From positions 3,840,001-3,904,000 of the forward strand of contig CAXXJJ010000004.1 in the NCBI GenBank assembly GCA_963667015.2: a stretch of DNA of 64,000 nucleotides, read 5' to 3'. The notes beneath the pieces were generated by a model, which saw only the letters and a program-made list of their open reading frames with translations, was not told the DNA's origin and did no database searches. Below are positions 28,947-39,349 of the stretch, piece by piece; the first letter of the stretch is position 1; each line of letters opens with the position of its first letter. The position numbers were made by a program, and so were the translations under genes. The DNA is from Desulfatiglandales bacterium (GTDB lineage Bacteria; Desulfobacterota; DSM-4660; Desulfatiglandales; HGW-15).

Positions 28947-30587
28947 TTACTCCTCCGCTTCGCTGAATCCAGTATTCTCAACAAACCTTTCCATGAACTC
29001 AGGCTGTTCAGCAAGATTCATATACTGTGTCTCATGCTTTATTACCTCGGCTTCTTTGCGGGCATCCTTATCCAGAAGGGCCATTACTGCCCCTTCTCCT
29101 GCAAGATTATCCCTTGAAATTACCTTGCCAAGCGTATCTTCATCCGGAAGCATACCTATGGTAACCGCGCTTTTCCAGTCAAAGGCATTGCCAAAGGCCC
29201 CGGTCAGTATGGTGCGGTCTATCTTCTCAATGCCTGCTTTTTCCATGAGAAACCTTATTCCGGTTATTACCGCAGCCTTTGCGAGCTGAACCTGCCTGAT
29301 ATCATGCTGGGATACAAATATCTCCACATGGGCAGGATTGTTTTCTTCCGGTAAAAGTACCATTTTGGCGACCCCGTTATCCCCATCCGCTGTAAATCCG
29401 GGAAAATCCTTATTGAAATTGCCCCCGGCCTTTACTGCCCCTGTTCTGATCATAGTGGCCACAAGATCAAGTATCCCTGATCCGCAAAAGCCCAGCGGCG
29501 GCTCCTGGTTATTTTCTCCTATGGTTGTGTAGCTAAACTGGCATGAATCCTGATCAATGGAACATGCACTGATGGCTCCAAGGGTTGCCCTCATTCCGCA
29601 TGAAAGCTGGGCTCCTTCAAGGGCGGGGCCGGTTGCACAGCTTGTTGACCACATGCCATCCCTGTTTCCAAGGACCAGTTCGCCGTTGGTTCCCAGGTCA
29701 ACTATCAGGGTCATCTCATCACGTTTGTATGGTTTATCCGCAAGTACACAGGCAAGTGTATCTCCTCCGATAAAGGCCGCGATTATGGGAAGGATGGTAA
29801 ATCCGGTGCCCGGCGTGAAATCCAGGCCCAGGTCATCTGTCTTAAGTTTAATTTCAGACAGTGTTGCAGGTTTAAAAGGTGTCCTTCCAAGGCCGCTTAC
29901 ATCTAGACCTGCAAGGATGTGCTCCATGGTAGTATTGCCTGCAATTGTAAATCCATAGAGATCATCACGGGAGGCCTTTATCTCCCTGAGGCAGGAGTCC
30001 GCAAGATAGGAGATGGCATCCAGTGCAAGTCCCTGCAGTTTTTTGAGATTATTTTCTCCCTTTCCGGCATAGTTGATCCTGCTTATTACATCATCACCAT
30101 ATCTCCTCTGCGGGTTGATGGTCGCGGAAGAGGTAAGGATCTCACCTGTCCTGAGGTCACAGAGGTACCCGGCAATTGTTGTTGTCCCCAGGTCAACCGC
30201 AAGGCCAAAACACTGTTTATCTTCCGGCAGGGTTATATGAGAGTTTACAGGATAGGGTCCGGGAAATACCTTTTTTGCCTCAACATGTCCACGGTCCTGC
30301 CCTGCATCGGAGGATCGGACAGTCATTGGTCTGTCAACGGGAACCTGGCATGCAAGCCGATAACCTGATGCAATAAGCCCCGGAGAGAGCTGATCCTTTT
30401 CAACATCGGTCAGGTCGGGGGTATCCTTTGTCTCAACTATTATACGGCATTTTCCGCAAACACCTCTTCCTCCGCAGGCCGCCCTGATCGGGATATGATC
30501 AATCAGGTTGTCCATAAGGGTTTTGCCCGCCTCTGCCTTTATTTTTCTGCCTTCGGGCAGAATCGTAATCTCGTGATGATCTGGCAT
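28947..30587 (-). CDS. ATP-dependent reductive activator of corrinoid proteins (RACo/RamA-like, 2Fe-2S plus ASKHA domain)
   Basis: CGGRGVCGKC..RLACQ ferredoxin, VDLGTTT, YGDDVISRI, DLGTNGE, ATGPALEG, CGSG and QLAKAA motifs. Confidence 0.92.
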   Translation of the reverse strand: MPDHHEITILPEGRKIKAEAGKTLMDNLIDHIPIRAACGGRGVCGKCRIIVETKDTPDLTDVEKDQLSPGLIASGYRLACQVPVDRPMTVRSSDAGQDRGHVEAKKVFPGPYPVNSHITLPEDKQCFGLAVDLGTTTIAGYLCDLRTGEILTSSATINPQRRYGDDVISRINYAGKGENNLKKLQGLALDAISYLADSCLREIKASRDDLYGFTIAGNTTMEHILAGLDVSGLGRTPFKPATLSEIKLKTDDLGLDFTPGTGFTILPIIAAFIGGDTLACVLADKPYKRDEMTLIVDLGTNGELVLGNRDGMWSTSCATGPALEGAQLSCGMRATLGAISACSIDQDSCQFSYTTIGENNQEPPLGFCGSGILDLVATMIRTGAVKAGGNFNKDFPGFTADGDNGVAKMVLLPEENNPAHVEIFVSQHDIRQVQLAKAAVITGIRFLMEKAGIEKIDRTILTGAFGNAFDWKSAVTIGMLPDEDTLGKVISRDNLAGEGAVMALLDKDARKEAEVIKHETQYMNLAEQPEFMERFVENTGFSEAEE

Positions 30588-30726
30588 TTTTCTCCAATCC
30601 TGTAGTGTAATTATTATGGACAGATACAATATCCTCCATGAACAAGGGGTGTCAATGGAAAATGAGTCTTGACAGGGTTGTGTGTATAAACTATCAGTTC
30701 AGCATTAATTAAAGAAAGGGATAAAG

Positions 30727-31020
30727 ATGTTCTCCACCGAATTTTTACTTACCTCACTGGTTGTGGTGCTTATACCCGGTACAGGGGTTATCTATACCAT
30801 ATCCAACGGGCTTTTTCTGGGCAGAAAGGCAAGTATTGCCGCGGCTGCCGGATGCACGGCAGGAATAATACCTCATCTTACAGCAAGCATTCTTGGTCTT
30901 TCTGCCAATCTTGTCAGAAGTCGTGTGGCAGGTTTACCTAAACTGATTTTGATTCTTCAGAGATCCTTTGCTGCCGTTTTTGCAGCCATGGGGATTAAAC
31001 TGGCTATGACTTCCAGATAG
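30727..31020 (+). pseudogene. LysE-family translocator with an in-frame internal deletion
   Basis: The LysE N-terminus (LIPGTG..GLFLGRKASIAAAAG) is fused at GLSA|N to the final helix (LQRSFAAVFAAMGIKLA). It is 97 aa versus about 200 aa. Confidence 0.75.
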
Positions 31021-31043
31021 CAGGGACCGTTTACGAATGGAAA

Positions 31044-32294
31044 CTAGTATTTCGAATCATAAAAAGGGTAACGGATTATTTGGCAAAATCGAATTTTTTC
31101 CAGCTATATACAACTGGCGCTTCATTTACTTCAGAAACCCATTTAAGGATTCTTTCTTTTAGTTCAGCCTTAGATTCAACCCTTATGTACTTGAGAAACG
31201 TTCGTGCCATTTTGGAAAACAGGGATTCAACCAGATTTAACCATGAACCGTGTTTTGGCGTGTGAACGTATATGAACCTGTTGGGAACCGTTTTCAAATA
31301 GGCCATGGTTTCTTTAGAAATATGAGCCGAATGATTATCCAGAATTAAGCGTATGCTACAGTTTTGGGGATATGTTTGATCAATTTCCTTTAAAAAACTG
31401 ATAAATTCGCGACTTCGATGTCTATCATGGACTTGAGCAATTACCTTGCCGGTGTGAAGATCCAAACCGGCTAATATTGAAACCGTTCCCAATCGTTTAT
31501 ATTCGTAGTCTCTCTGGATTTGTTTGTAACCTTTTTCAAGATTCGGTTTTAAATCAGGTGCAATGTTTTTAATAGCCTGAACGCCCGGTTTTTCATCAAC
31601 AGAAACTGTGACAATATCGGGTGAAATATCAGGCGACATTTTGTTTTGTAAATTAACTTCTTTATAAACACATAGAACTTCCTGCATTACTTTTTCAAAT
31701 TCAGGATCTCGCTTTTCAAGGTAGTATTTAACTTTGTGAGGCTGTAACGATTGATCCTTCAGAATTCGTTGAATGGTCGCTTTTGCAGCTTTTTTCAAGC
31801 AATCATGGCCTGCTGCTGGAGCGTATTTTCTGGTATGCTCGGCCAATTTACTATGCGTCCATATTTCAGCGGCATATCCAAACTCTTTGGGCTTTGTACA
31901 GGCAACATTGACAACCCATGCTTTAGCCTCAAGGGTAATAACTGGTAATTTGGGTGAATGATATTGATCTTGTGTTCCAGTTTCTATTCCTCGGGCCAAA
32001 GCTCTGTCGATCCATTTGTAGATCGCTTTTCGACTAAGGCCAACTAATTGTTGAATTTTAGTAATGTTTTCACCTGAGTGATAATAAATCAATATTTTTG
32101 CTCTTTGCACTTCTCTTAAAGGTTGTGTCTGTGATTGAGCGATACGTTTAAGCTTATCAAGTTCTTCGGAGCTTAGTTTGAGTTTTGCTCTTGTCGTTTT
32201 TCTGGCCATGTGCTTTCTCCTATTTTTTGGGTTCAAGGGAAAGCATAACATATTACATTATTTTTGTAACCTTTTTATTGAATCGAAATACTAG
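31044..32294 (-). mobile_element. IS630-family insertion sequence
   Basis: Imperfect terminal inverted repeats CTAGTATTTCGAATCATAAAAAGG and CCTTTTTATTGAATCGAAATACTAG. CTAG (containing TA) at both ends. Confidence 0.92.
31076..32209 (-). CDS. IS630-family DDE transposase (intact)
   Basis: HTH N-terminus, SVDEKPG, DYEYKRLGT, ILDNHSAH and PKHGSWLNLVE motifs. Confidence 0.93.
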   Translation of the reverse strand: MARKTTRAKLKLSSEELDKLKRIAQSQTQPLREVQRAKILIYYHSGENITKIQQLVGLSRKAIYKWIDRALARGIETGTQDQYHSPKLPVITLEAKAWVVNVACTKPKEFGYAAEIWTHSKLAEHTRKYAPAAGHDCLKKAAKATIQRILKDQSLQPHKVKYYLEKRDPEFEKVMQEVLCVYKEVNLQNKMSPDISPDIVTVSVDEKPGVQAIKNIAPDLKPNLEKGYKQIQRDYEYKRLGTVSILAGLDLHTGKVIAQVHDRHRSREFISFLKEIDQTYPQNCSIRLILDNHSAHISKETMAYLKTVPNRFIYVHTPKHGSWLNLVESLFSKMARTFLKYIRVESKAELKERILKWVSEVNEAPVVYSWKKFDFAK

Positions 32295-32348
32295 TCATTA
32301 CTGTGTAAAAATTTTCTAAAATGTTGAATAGGATCACATGATTAATGG

Positions 32349-32475
32349 GTAAAGTTTTACATATTTGATTAGTCTTTTATAAACAAACAGCAAATTAAAT
32401 CCGCTTAACTTATTGATTAAATTAACTAATAATGATAATCTAGTGTATATATCTCTTTCTGGTATGCTTATTGCT
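32349..32475 (+). promoter_or_regulatory. Sigma54 promoter with an IHF site and a putative enhancer (PEP-CTERM box)
   Basis: TGGTAT-GCTTA-TTGCT at 32460-32475. IHF consensus AATCAA-TAAG-TTA on the minus strand at 32406-32418. GTAAAGTTTTACA at 32349-32361. Confidence 0.7.
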
Positions 32476-32545
32476 CATTATATAAGTCATTATATGAATA
32501 TACAGCCTTCACAGGCTTTTTTCAGATGCACATTCGGAGGTTAAA

Positions 32546-33160
32546 ATGAATAGAATAGTAGTTACAGCGATATTAATAATTTTAGGATTTGCCGGCAGTG
32601 CCCAGGCTACGTTTATTGACTTCAGGTCTAGTGATTTCAGCTATGCAGCAGATAAAACATCATATGAATATGATGGATTAACAATAGAGTCATCACCGGA
32701 TGGGACAGAACTGTTCTGGGATCAAGATGACGGCCTGGGAATAAATACACGTGGTATTAGTGACGAGGGTGATGAAGTGGATGGAGATGAACTTCTTCAC
32801 CTTGCTTTTGATACTCCGCAGTTACTTTCGTCAATTCTTATAACCGATCTGTTCTATGAAAAAAACATTAGTACAGATACTTATTATTATGAAAAAGGTA
32901 GCTACCGTTTCAATAATGAAGCCTGGTACGATTTTACTGCAGTTCAAGGATCAAATGGTTTGCTTACTCTTTCTTTTTCTTCAATCGCAATAAGTGAAAT
33001 ATGGTTCAAGGCTGCTGGAGATCTTGGTGATGGCATCAACCACGAGTTTTCTGTCGGAGGCGTTGATGTTGCTCCTGTTCCGGAACCGGCTACTATGCTT
33101 CTTCTTGGTACAGGCCTAGTTGGTCTTGCGGGTTTAAGACGTAAATTAAAAAAATCATAA
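32546..33160 (+). CDS. PEP-CTERM sorting domain protein
   Basis: Signal peptide ending AQA. C-terminal VPEPATMLLLGTGLVGLAGLRRKLKK. Confidence 0.95.
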   Translation: MNRIVVTAILIILGFAGSAQATFIDFRSSDFSYAADKTSYEYDGLTIESSPDGTELFWDQDDGLGINTRGISDEGDEVDGDELLHLAFDTPQLLSSILITDLFYEKNISTDTYYYEKGSYRFNNEAWYDFTAVQGSNGLLTLSFSSIAISEIWFKAAGDLGDGINHEFSVGGVDVAPVPEPATMLLLGTGLVGLAGLRRKLKKS

Positions 33161-33269
33161 TATAAAATAATATCGATAATTTTGATCGCATGAATGGGAG
33201 CATTTTATAAAGATATGCCCCTTTTTATAATAGGACAAACAATAGCTGGTAGTAACAGAGAGGAACCGG

Positions 33270-34868
33270 CTATAGGTTGTCTCTTTTTTGAGGGCTTTCC
33301 CCATAACCGCCCCCACCGGGAGTTTCAATCCTCAGGATATCTCCCGTGCTTAATAATTCTGTAAATTTCCCTGATTTTTCTTCTCTTTTATTTTTACGGA
33401 TAACAATGTTTTTTCCGAAGATTCCAGGTTTTCCACCTGATAAACCATATGGGGCTGTTTTTCTTCTTTCCGAAAGGACAGTGACCTCTGCATCAGACAA
33501 TAGCTGGATTTCCCTTGCTATGCCGTCACCGCCATTATGTTTCCCTTTTCCTCCTGTGTTCCGCCTTATGGAGTATTCACTGACCATAAAAGGGTATGCA
33601 TATTCCAGTGCCTCAACCGGGGTATTCAAGGTGTTCGTCATGTGTGAGTGTACAGCGCTCTCTCCATGACTTTTAGCATTGGCCCCCATTCCTCCTCCTA
33701 TTGTTTCATAATAGGCAAAGGGTTTACCTGTCCGTGGATCAATTCCGCCGATGGTGACATTGTTCATGGTACCCTGACCGGCAGCAGGGATAATACCCGG
33801 CAGGGCTTTCGACAATGAACCAAGCACCACGTCGGTTATCCGCTGGGACATTTCTACATTTCCTCCTGCAACTGCAGCAGGAAAGGCCGCATCAACAACT
33901 GTGCCCTTTTTTGTAACAACCTTTATCGGTCTCATGCATCCTTCGTTGGTAGGGATGTCTTTTTCTAAAAGCGATCTGAATACGTAAAGCACAACAGAGA
34001 GGGTTATAGCCTTAACCGCGTTAATGCCTCCGGGAACCTGCGCGTCTGATTTTGAAAAATCAACGACGGCCTCATCCCCTTTTACAGTGGTAGTAACATG
34101 TATCTTTACTCTTTCCCTTTCAAAACCGTCATCATCCATAAAGTCTTCAAAAACGTATATCCCGTCCGGAATATTTTTTATAGCAGCCCGTGTTGCTTCT
34201 TCAGAATAACTCATAAGCGCATCAGCATAAAAGGATACTTTATCAAGGCCGTTCACCTCAACAAGCTCCTGCATTCGCCTGACACCGGTAATGTTTGCCA
34301 TCATCTGTGCTGCGAAGTCACCCTCTCTTTCCATAGGGGTCCTTACATTATTCAAAAAAAGCGTCATGATCTTTTGGTCGATCTCTCCCTTTTCTACAAT
34401 CTTAAGCGGCGGGATGATTACACCCTCCTGAAATATTGATGTAGAAAGGGGCATTGAGCCGGAGGTCATGCCTCCGACATCAGCATGATGTGCCCTGTTT
34501 GCCACAAAAAAGGAAGGATGTTTATCTCCAATAAAAACCGGGGCAACCAGGGTTATGTCCGGAAGATGAGTTCCTCCCTTAAAGGGATCATTGAGCATGA
34601 CCATGTCCCCTTCTTCCCAGGTGCAACTCTCTATAGCGGATTTAACGGACATGGGCATGGAGCCCAGATGTACGGGAATATGGGCTGCCTGTGCAATCAT
34701 GTCACCGTTGTAATTAAATATTCCACAGGACAGGTCGCGCCTCTCTTTAATATTGGGAGAAAAGCCCGTTCTGGTAAGTGTGACCCCCATCTCTTCGGAG
34801 ATGGATGTAAACCTGTTTTTGAAGACCTCGAGAAGTATTGGATTGGCTTTTATCCTGTTCTTTTTCAT
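33270..34868 (-). CDS. Hydantoinase B / 5-oxoprolinase B-family subunit
   Basis: SPNIKERRDLSC, HIPVHLGSM, NDPFKGGTHLPD, AHHADVGG, YYETIGGG and TPGGGGYG motifs. Confidence 0.92.
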   Translation of the reverse strand: MKKNRIKANPILLEVFKNRFTSISEEMGVTLTRTGFSPNIKERRDLSCGIFNYNGDMIAQAAHIPVHLGSMPMSVKSAIESCTWEEGDMVMLNDPFKGGTHLPDITLVAPVFIGDKHPSFFVANRAHHADVGGMTSGSMPLSTSIFQEGVIIPPLKIVEKGEIDQKIMTLFLNNVRTPMEREGDFAAQMMANITGVRRMQELVEVNGLDKVSFYADALMSYSEEATRAAIKNIPDGIYVFEDFMDDDGFERERVKIHVTTTVKGDEAVVDFSKSDAQVPGGINAVKAITLSVVLYVFRSLLEKDIPTNEGCMRPIKVVTKKGTVVDAAFPAAVAGGNVEMSQRITDVVLGSLSKALPGIIPAAGQGTMNNVTIGGIDPRTGKPFAYYETIGGGMGANAKSHGESAVHSHMTNTLNTPVEALEYAYPFMVSEYSIRRNTGGKGKHNGGDGIAREIQLLSDAEVTVLSERRKTAPYGLSGGKPGIFGKNIVIRKNKREEKSGKFTELLSTGDILRIETPGGGGYGESPQKRDNL

Positions 34869-36843
34869 TTTTTAATATCCATAATCAGGTTCCCGTATTC
34901 ATCCACGCAGGCGCAGGCAAATGGCGGAATTACAATGGTTGAGGAATACTCGACAACAATAGCAGGTCCTTCAAGCCTGTTGCCGTTCAGCAGTTTTTTT
35001 CTGTCTATTATCATAGTGTCCACAGGCTCCTGTTCAAAAACAATCGGCCTTTTTCCCAGGATTGCATCCGGGTCTAATTTAACGGATATTTTTTCTGCCC
35101 TTGCAAAACGAAGTTTTTCCGGAAGGCCCCTGGCCCTTACCCTGATGTTGACGATTTCGACTGTTTTGTCCCTGTTCTGATATCCATAGCTCTTTTCATG
35201 AAGCATGTGAAAATCCCGAATGTAATCATCTGTAAAGGGCACAATGATTTCAAATGACTGCCCCTGGTAACGCATATCCAGATATCTTTCTATGCAGATC
35301 CGATCCTCTTTAATGCCTTCCTCTTCAAGCTCCTTTGCACCCCTCTGTTCCAGCTCCTTAAAAAACTCCAGAAGGGCATCTTTATTTGTATTGAGCTGGT
35401 TCCTCATAATGGTGAGTGAGTAATCTTTGATAACATCCGCCATGAGCATCCCCATGGCAGAGAGGATCCCCGGGTTAGCAGGGACAAGTATCTTCGGGAT
35501 GTTTAAAAGCCTTGCCAGAAAGGCGGCATGAAGCCCTCCCGCTCCCCCGAATGACACAAGGGTAAAATCTCCAGGATCAAAACCTCTTTCAACGGAGATC
35601 ACCCTTATAGCCTTTTCCATGGCAGTATTGGCAACGGAGAGTATTCCCTCGGCAAGTTCGACAGCAGACAGTCCGGCTTCCTTTGCAAGAAGATCGAAGG
35701 AGTGATCAAGACGGTCTCTCACTATCTTCATGTTTCCACCCAGGAAGTGCTCAGGGATAATCCTCCCAAGGTACAGATTTGCATCGGTGACGGTTATTCT
35801 CTCCCCTTTGCCATAGCATATTGGGCCGGGATCGGCCCCCCTGCACTTTCAGGACCCACCTTTAGGGCCCCGCCTGCATCCATGAAGGCTATGGAGCCAC
35901 CACCAGCACCAACGGTGTGGATATCGATCATGGGTACCCTGATGGGAAACCCCGATATTCTTGATTCCGTTGCAAGGGACAGTCTGCCGTCCATGAGAGA
36001 GACGTCGGTAGATGTCCCACCCATGTCAAAGGTGATTATCTTTGAAAACCCTGCCATTTTACCCAGTTCAAATGCACCGACGGCTCCTCCCGCAGGGCCG
36101 GACAGGATTGTTCTTACAGATTCTTTAATGGCAGTGTCCGCGGATATGCTTCCGCCGTTGGACTGCATTATGCTCAGAAGATCTCCCTTATCCATATAGC
36201 TGATGAGAGACTCTATATAGTTCTGCATCTTTGGAGAGACATAGGCGTTAATTACTGTGGTGGATGTCCTTTCATATTCACGGAATTCCGAAAGTATTTC
36301 GTATGAGAGTGAAACTGGAATTCCAAGGGGCGCGAGTTTTTCCTTTATGTTTTGCTCATGGGTCGGATTAACATAGGAGTAGAGAAGACATACTGCAACC
36401 GACTCAACATTGTTTTCTTTAATCTCTTCAATGATTCTGAAGGCCTCTTCCAGGTCAAGCGGGGTGTGCTCCTCCCCGGAGTTCAGGATTCTTCCTGTTA
36501 TGCCGAATCGAAGCTTCGGGGGTATAAGTGCAGGTTCCTTCCTGTAGGCCAGGTCATAAAGCCTGCTGCGGTTCTGTCTCCCAATCTCGATTATATCCTC
36601 AAAGCCTTTATTTGTAACAAGAGCGGTCTTTGCCCCTTTTCTTTCAAGAATGGCATTGGTCGCAACAGTTGAGCCGTGGACAATTTTTTTGTCTTTCCCG
36701 TCTGCTATATGCCTGAGCCCGTCAATAATGGCTTTGGCCGGGTTGGAGGGCGTTGACAAAAGTTTATATACACCCCATCTGTCGCCATCTTTAAAGACAA
36801 AATCAGTAAATGTCCCGCCTGTATCAATCCCTGTAATTATCAT
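34865..36843 (-). pseudogene. Hydantoinase A / 5-oxoprolinase A subunit split by a frameshift
   Basis: GIDTGGTFTD...GPESAG reads in one frame and ADPGPICYGKGERITVTDAN...FGGAGGLHA in another. The break is at a G6 run (35836-35841). Confidence 0.85.
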
Positions 36844-37087
36844 TCTATTCCCGGTTTGAAATTGTTCTGCTTTAAGAGGATATGACTATTCCAGTTTTCA
36901 CAATCAAAATCAACCGCTTTCAAGCCCCTTGACAATGATCCAATTATTGTTTAATCGGAATGTTGTTTCGACACGGCTTAAAATCATTACCCGATTTTAT
37001 CAGGGAAATCATTCATCAGTATCCGAATAAAGTGGAATAATATTTTTATACTTACTGCCTTTTTACAGGAATGCAAAGGAATCCAAA

Positions 37088-38218
37088 ATGAAATGTTTTC
37101 TTCGTTTATTGACACTGTCTGTATGTATAATCTTTTTAACAGGATGCGAAAGGTCAACTGAAATGAAAGTAAATAAAGAGTTATTTGGCGAATTGGATGG
37201 AAAACCGGTGGATATCTATACATTAACCAACTCTAATCATATTGAAATCAAAATCACCAATTATGGTGGAATTGTAACATCCGTTAAGGTGCCGGATAAA
37301 AATGGTAAACTTGATGATGTTGTCCTCGGGTTTAACAACCTGGAAGACTACAAAAAGAAGAGTCCCTATTTCGGATGCATTGCAGGACGATATGCCAATA
37401 GAATCGGCAATGCAGAATTTGTTATTGACGGGGAAAAATTCACCCTGGCAAAAAACAACGGAGAAAACACTCTTCACGGGGGATTAAAAGGCTTTGATAA
37501 GGTACTGTGGGATGCAGAACCCGTTACCGGAAAAGATTTTCAATCCCTGAAACTGACCTACCTCAGCAGGGATGGAGAGGAAGGTTTTCCGGGCAACCTG
37601 GATGTTGAAGTAACCTATACCCTTACTGAAGATAATTCATTTCGTATTGACTACATGGCTTCAACCGATAAGGCTACTGTTATAAACCTGACCAATCATA
37701 CCTACTGGAACCTGGCAGGAGAAGGTTCGGGAGATGTGCTTAAACATGAATTGATGATAAACGCGGATTATTTTACACCGACTGATCAGGGCTCTATCCC
37801 GACAGGCGAATTACGACCTGTTGAAAATACCCCTCTGGACTTTAGAAAATCCAGAGCCATTGGTGACGGAGTGGACTCGGATTATGAACAGGTAAAGCTC
37901 TGCAGAGGCTATGACCATAACTTTGTTATAAATCCGGATGTAGATAAGGAAATGAAGCTTGCTGCAAGGGTCTATGAACCCGCAGGCGGAAGATACATGG
38001 AAATATATACGACTGAACCCGGAGTGCAGTTTTACAGCGCTAATTTTCTTTTTGGTGTCACCGGAAAAAGCGGAAAAGCCTATGCACCGCGAGGCGCATT
38101 CTGCCTGGAGACACAGCATTTCCCCGATTCGCCGAACAAGCCTGAATTCCCCTCTGTTGTATTAAGGCCCGGTGAAACATATAAGTCAACCACCCTGCAT
38201 AAGTTTTCGGTGAAGTAG
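37088..38218 (+). CDS. galM: Aldose 1-epimerase (mutarotase) with a lipoprotein-like signal peptide
   Basis: GRYANRI, LHGG, NLTNHTYWNL, GYDHN and CLETQHFPD motifs. Lipobox LTGC. Confidence 0.92.
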   Translation: MKCFLRLLTLSVCIIFLTGCERSTEMKVNKELFGELDGKPVDIYTLTNSNHIEIKITNYGGIVTSVKVPDKNGKLDDVVLGFNNLEDYKKKSPYFGCIAGRYANRIGNAEFVIDGEKFTLAKNNGENTLHGGLKGFDKVLWDAEPVTGKDFQSLKLTYLSRDGEEGFPGNLDVEVTYTLTEDNSFRIDYMASTDKATVINLTNHTYWNLAGEGSGDVLKHELMINADYFTPTDQGSIPTGELRPVENTPLDFRKSRAIGDGVDSDYEQVKLCRGYDHNFVINPDVDKEMKLAARVYEPAGGRYMEIYTTEPGVQFYSANFLFGVTGKSGKAYAPRGAFCLETQHFPDSPNKPEFPSVVLRPGETYKSTTLHKFSVK

Positions 38219-38233
38219 CATTATAGCGTAACA

Positions 38234-38824
38234 ATGAAAGAATCTTCTCAAAAATTTGAGCTTAAACCCTTTTCCGGAGAAAACGCTCCAAACAATAGCC
38301 AAATAAATGTTATGCTTTCAAAGCGTGAGGCCGGTCTGCAGGTTGTTTTTGAACTCGATGCACAGCTAAGTGACCTGATGATCCCTGGCTTTGATCCATC
38401 TAAAATAAAAAGAAAAAAGAAACTCTGGGAACACACCTGCTTTGAAATATTTCTTGCACAACAGGGTATGCCGAATTACTGGGAGGTTAACCTCTCTCCA
38501 TCCGGGAGCTGGAATGTATACTCATTTACAGATTATCGTGAAGGAATGAAGCCGGAGAAATTCTTTAATACATTTCCAATTGAAGTGAAAATTTTGTCAG
38601 ATCAGAAGCTTAAAGTCGAAACAGCCATTGATTTAGGGCTCCTTCAGGACTGTTCAGACCTTAATGTCGGTCTGTCGGCAGTTCTTGAACAGAATGACGG
38701 AAAGAAAAGCTACTGGGCAGTGGATCATCCAAAGGATGTTCCAGATTTTCATGCAAGAGAAGGGTGGCTTCGAATCATTTTGACACAGGGCATTGATTTA
38801 TCTATAGTCTCCTGTGAAAAATAA
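38234..38824 (+). CDS. DOMON-like domain protein
   Basis: LWEHTCFEIF, YWEVNLSPSGSWNVYSFTDYR and SYWA..H...PDFH motifs. Confidence 0.75.
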   Translation: MKESSQKFELKPFSGENAPNNSQINVMLSKREAGLQVVFELDAQLSDLMIPGFDPSKIKRKKKLWEHTCFEIFLAQQGMPNYWEVNLSPSGSWNVYSFTDYREGMKPEKFFNTFPIEVKILSDQKLKVETAIDLGLLQDCSDLNVGLSAVLEQNDGKKSYWAVDHPKDVPDFHAREGWLRIILTQGIDLSIVSCEK

Positions 38825-38857
38825 ACCCCTAGTTAACCAAAATCAAAGGAGAAAAAT

Positions 38858-39337
38858 ATGGCAGATTTCCCAAAACTGGAAAATGTAAGGCGGCTACCGA
38901 ATGTTGTTGAGCTTAAACCCTGGAAATCTATTCACGATACAATAACCGCACCTATGATTACCGGGCTGGGACAGATAGATATCCCGGAATCAAACCTGGC
39001 AATGGGTTTCGCCCGTATCACCGAACCGGATGTCCTTGGTTCCCCTACCCACGCACATCCCTTTGATCAGTGGATTTATCTTATCGGTGAAAGCAATAAC
39101 TTTGTTGATTTTGATGCCGACATTGAATTTACACTTGGTGATGAGATCCTGAAGATAGATTATCCATGTTATATCTTTGTTCCCAAAAACATGAAGCACT
39201 GCCCGCTGGACATAAAACGCGTGGGAAAGCCGTTTATATTCATTGATGTCAGCGTTACCCCGGAGGCATCTGTAAGGTCCGAAAAGGTATCAAAGGTAGG
39301 ACGACCAAAGTATGTAGCCAAGAATAATAAAAAATAA
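38858..39337 (+). CDS. Cupin-like hypothetical protein
   Basis: HAHPFDQ and FVPKNMKHCPL cupin-type motifs. Confidence 0.65.
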   Translation: MADFPKLENVRRLPNVVELKPWKSIHDTITAPMITGLGQIDIPESNLAMGFARITEPDVLGSPTHAHPFDQWIYLIGESNNFVDFDADIEFTLGDEILKIDYPCYIFVPKNMKHCPLDIKRVGKPFIFIDVSVTPEASVRSEKVSKVGRPKYVAKNNKK

Positions 39338-39349
39338 GGAGATTTAACG

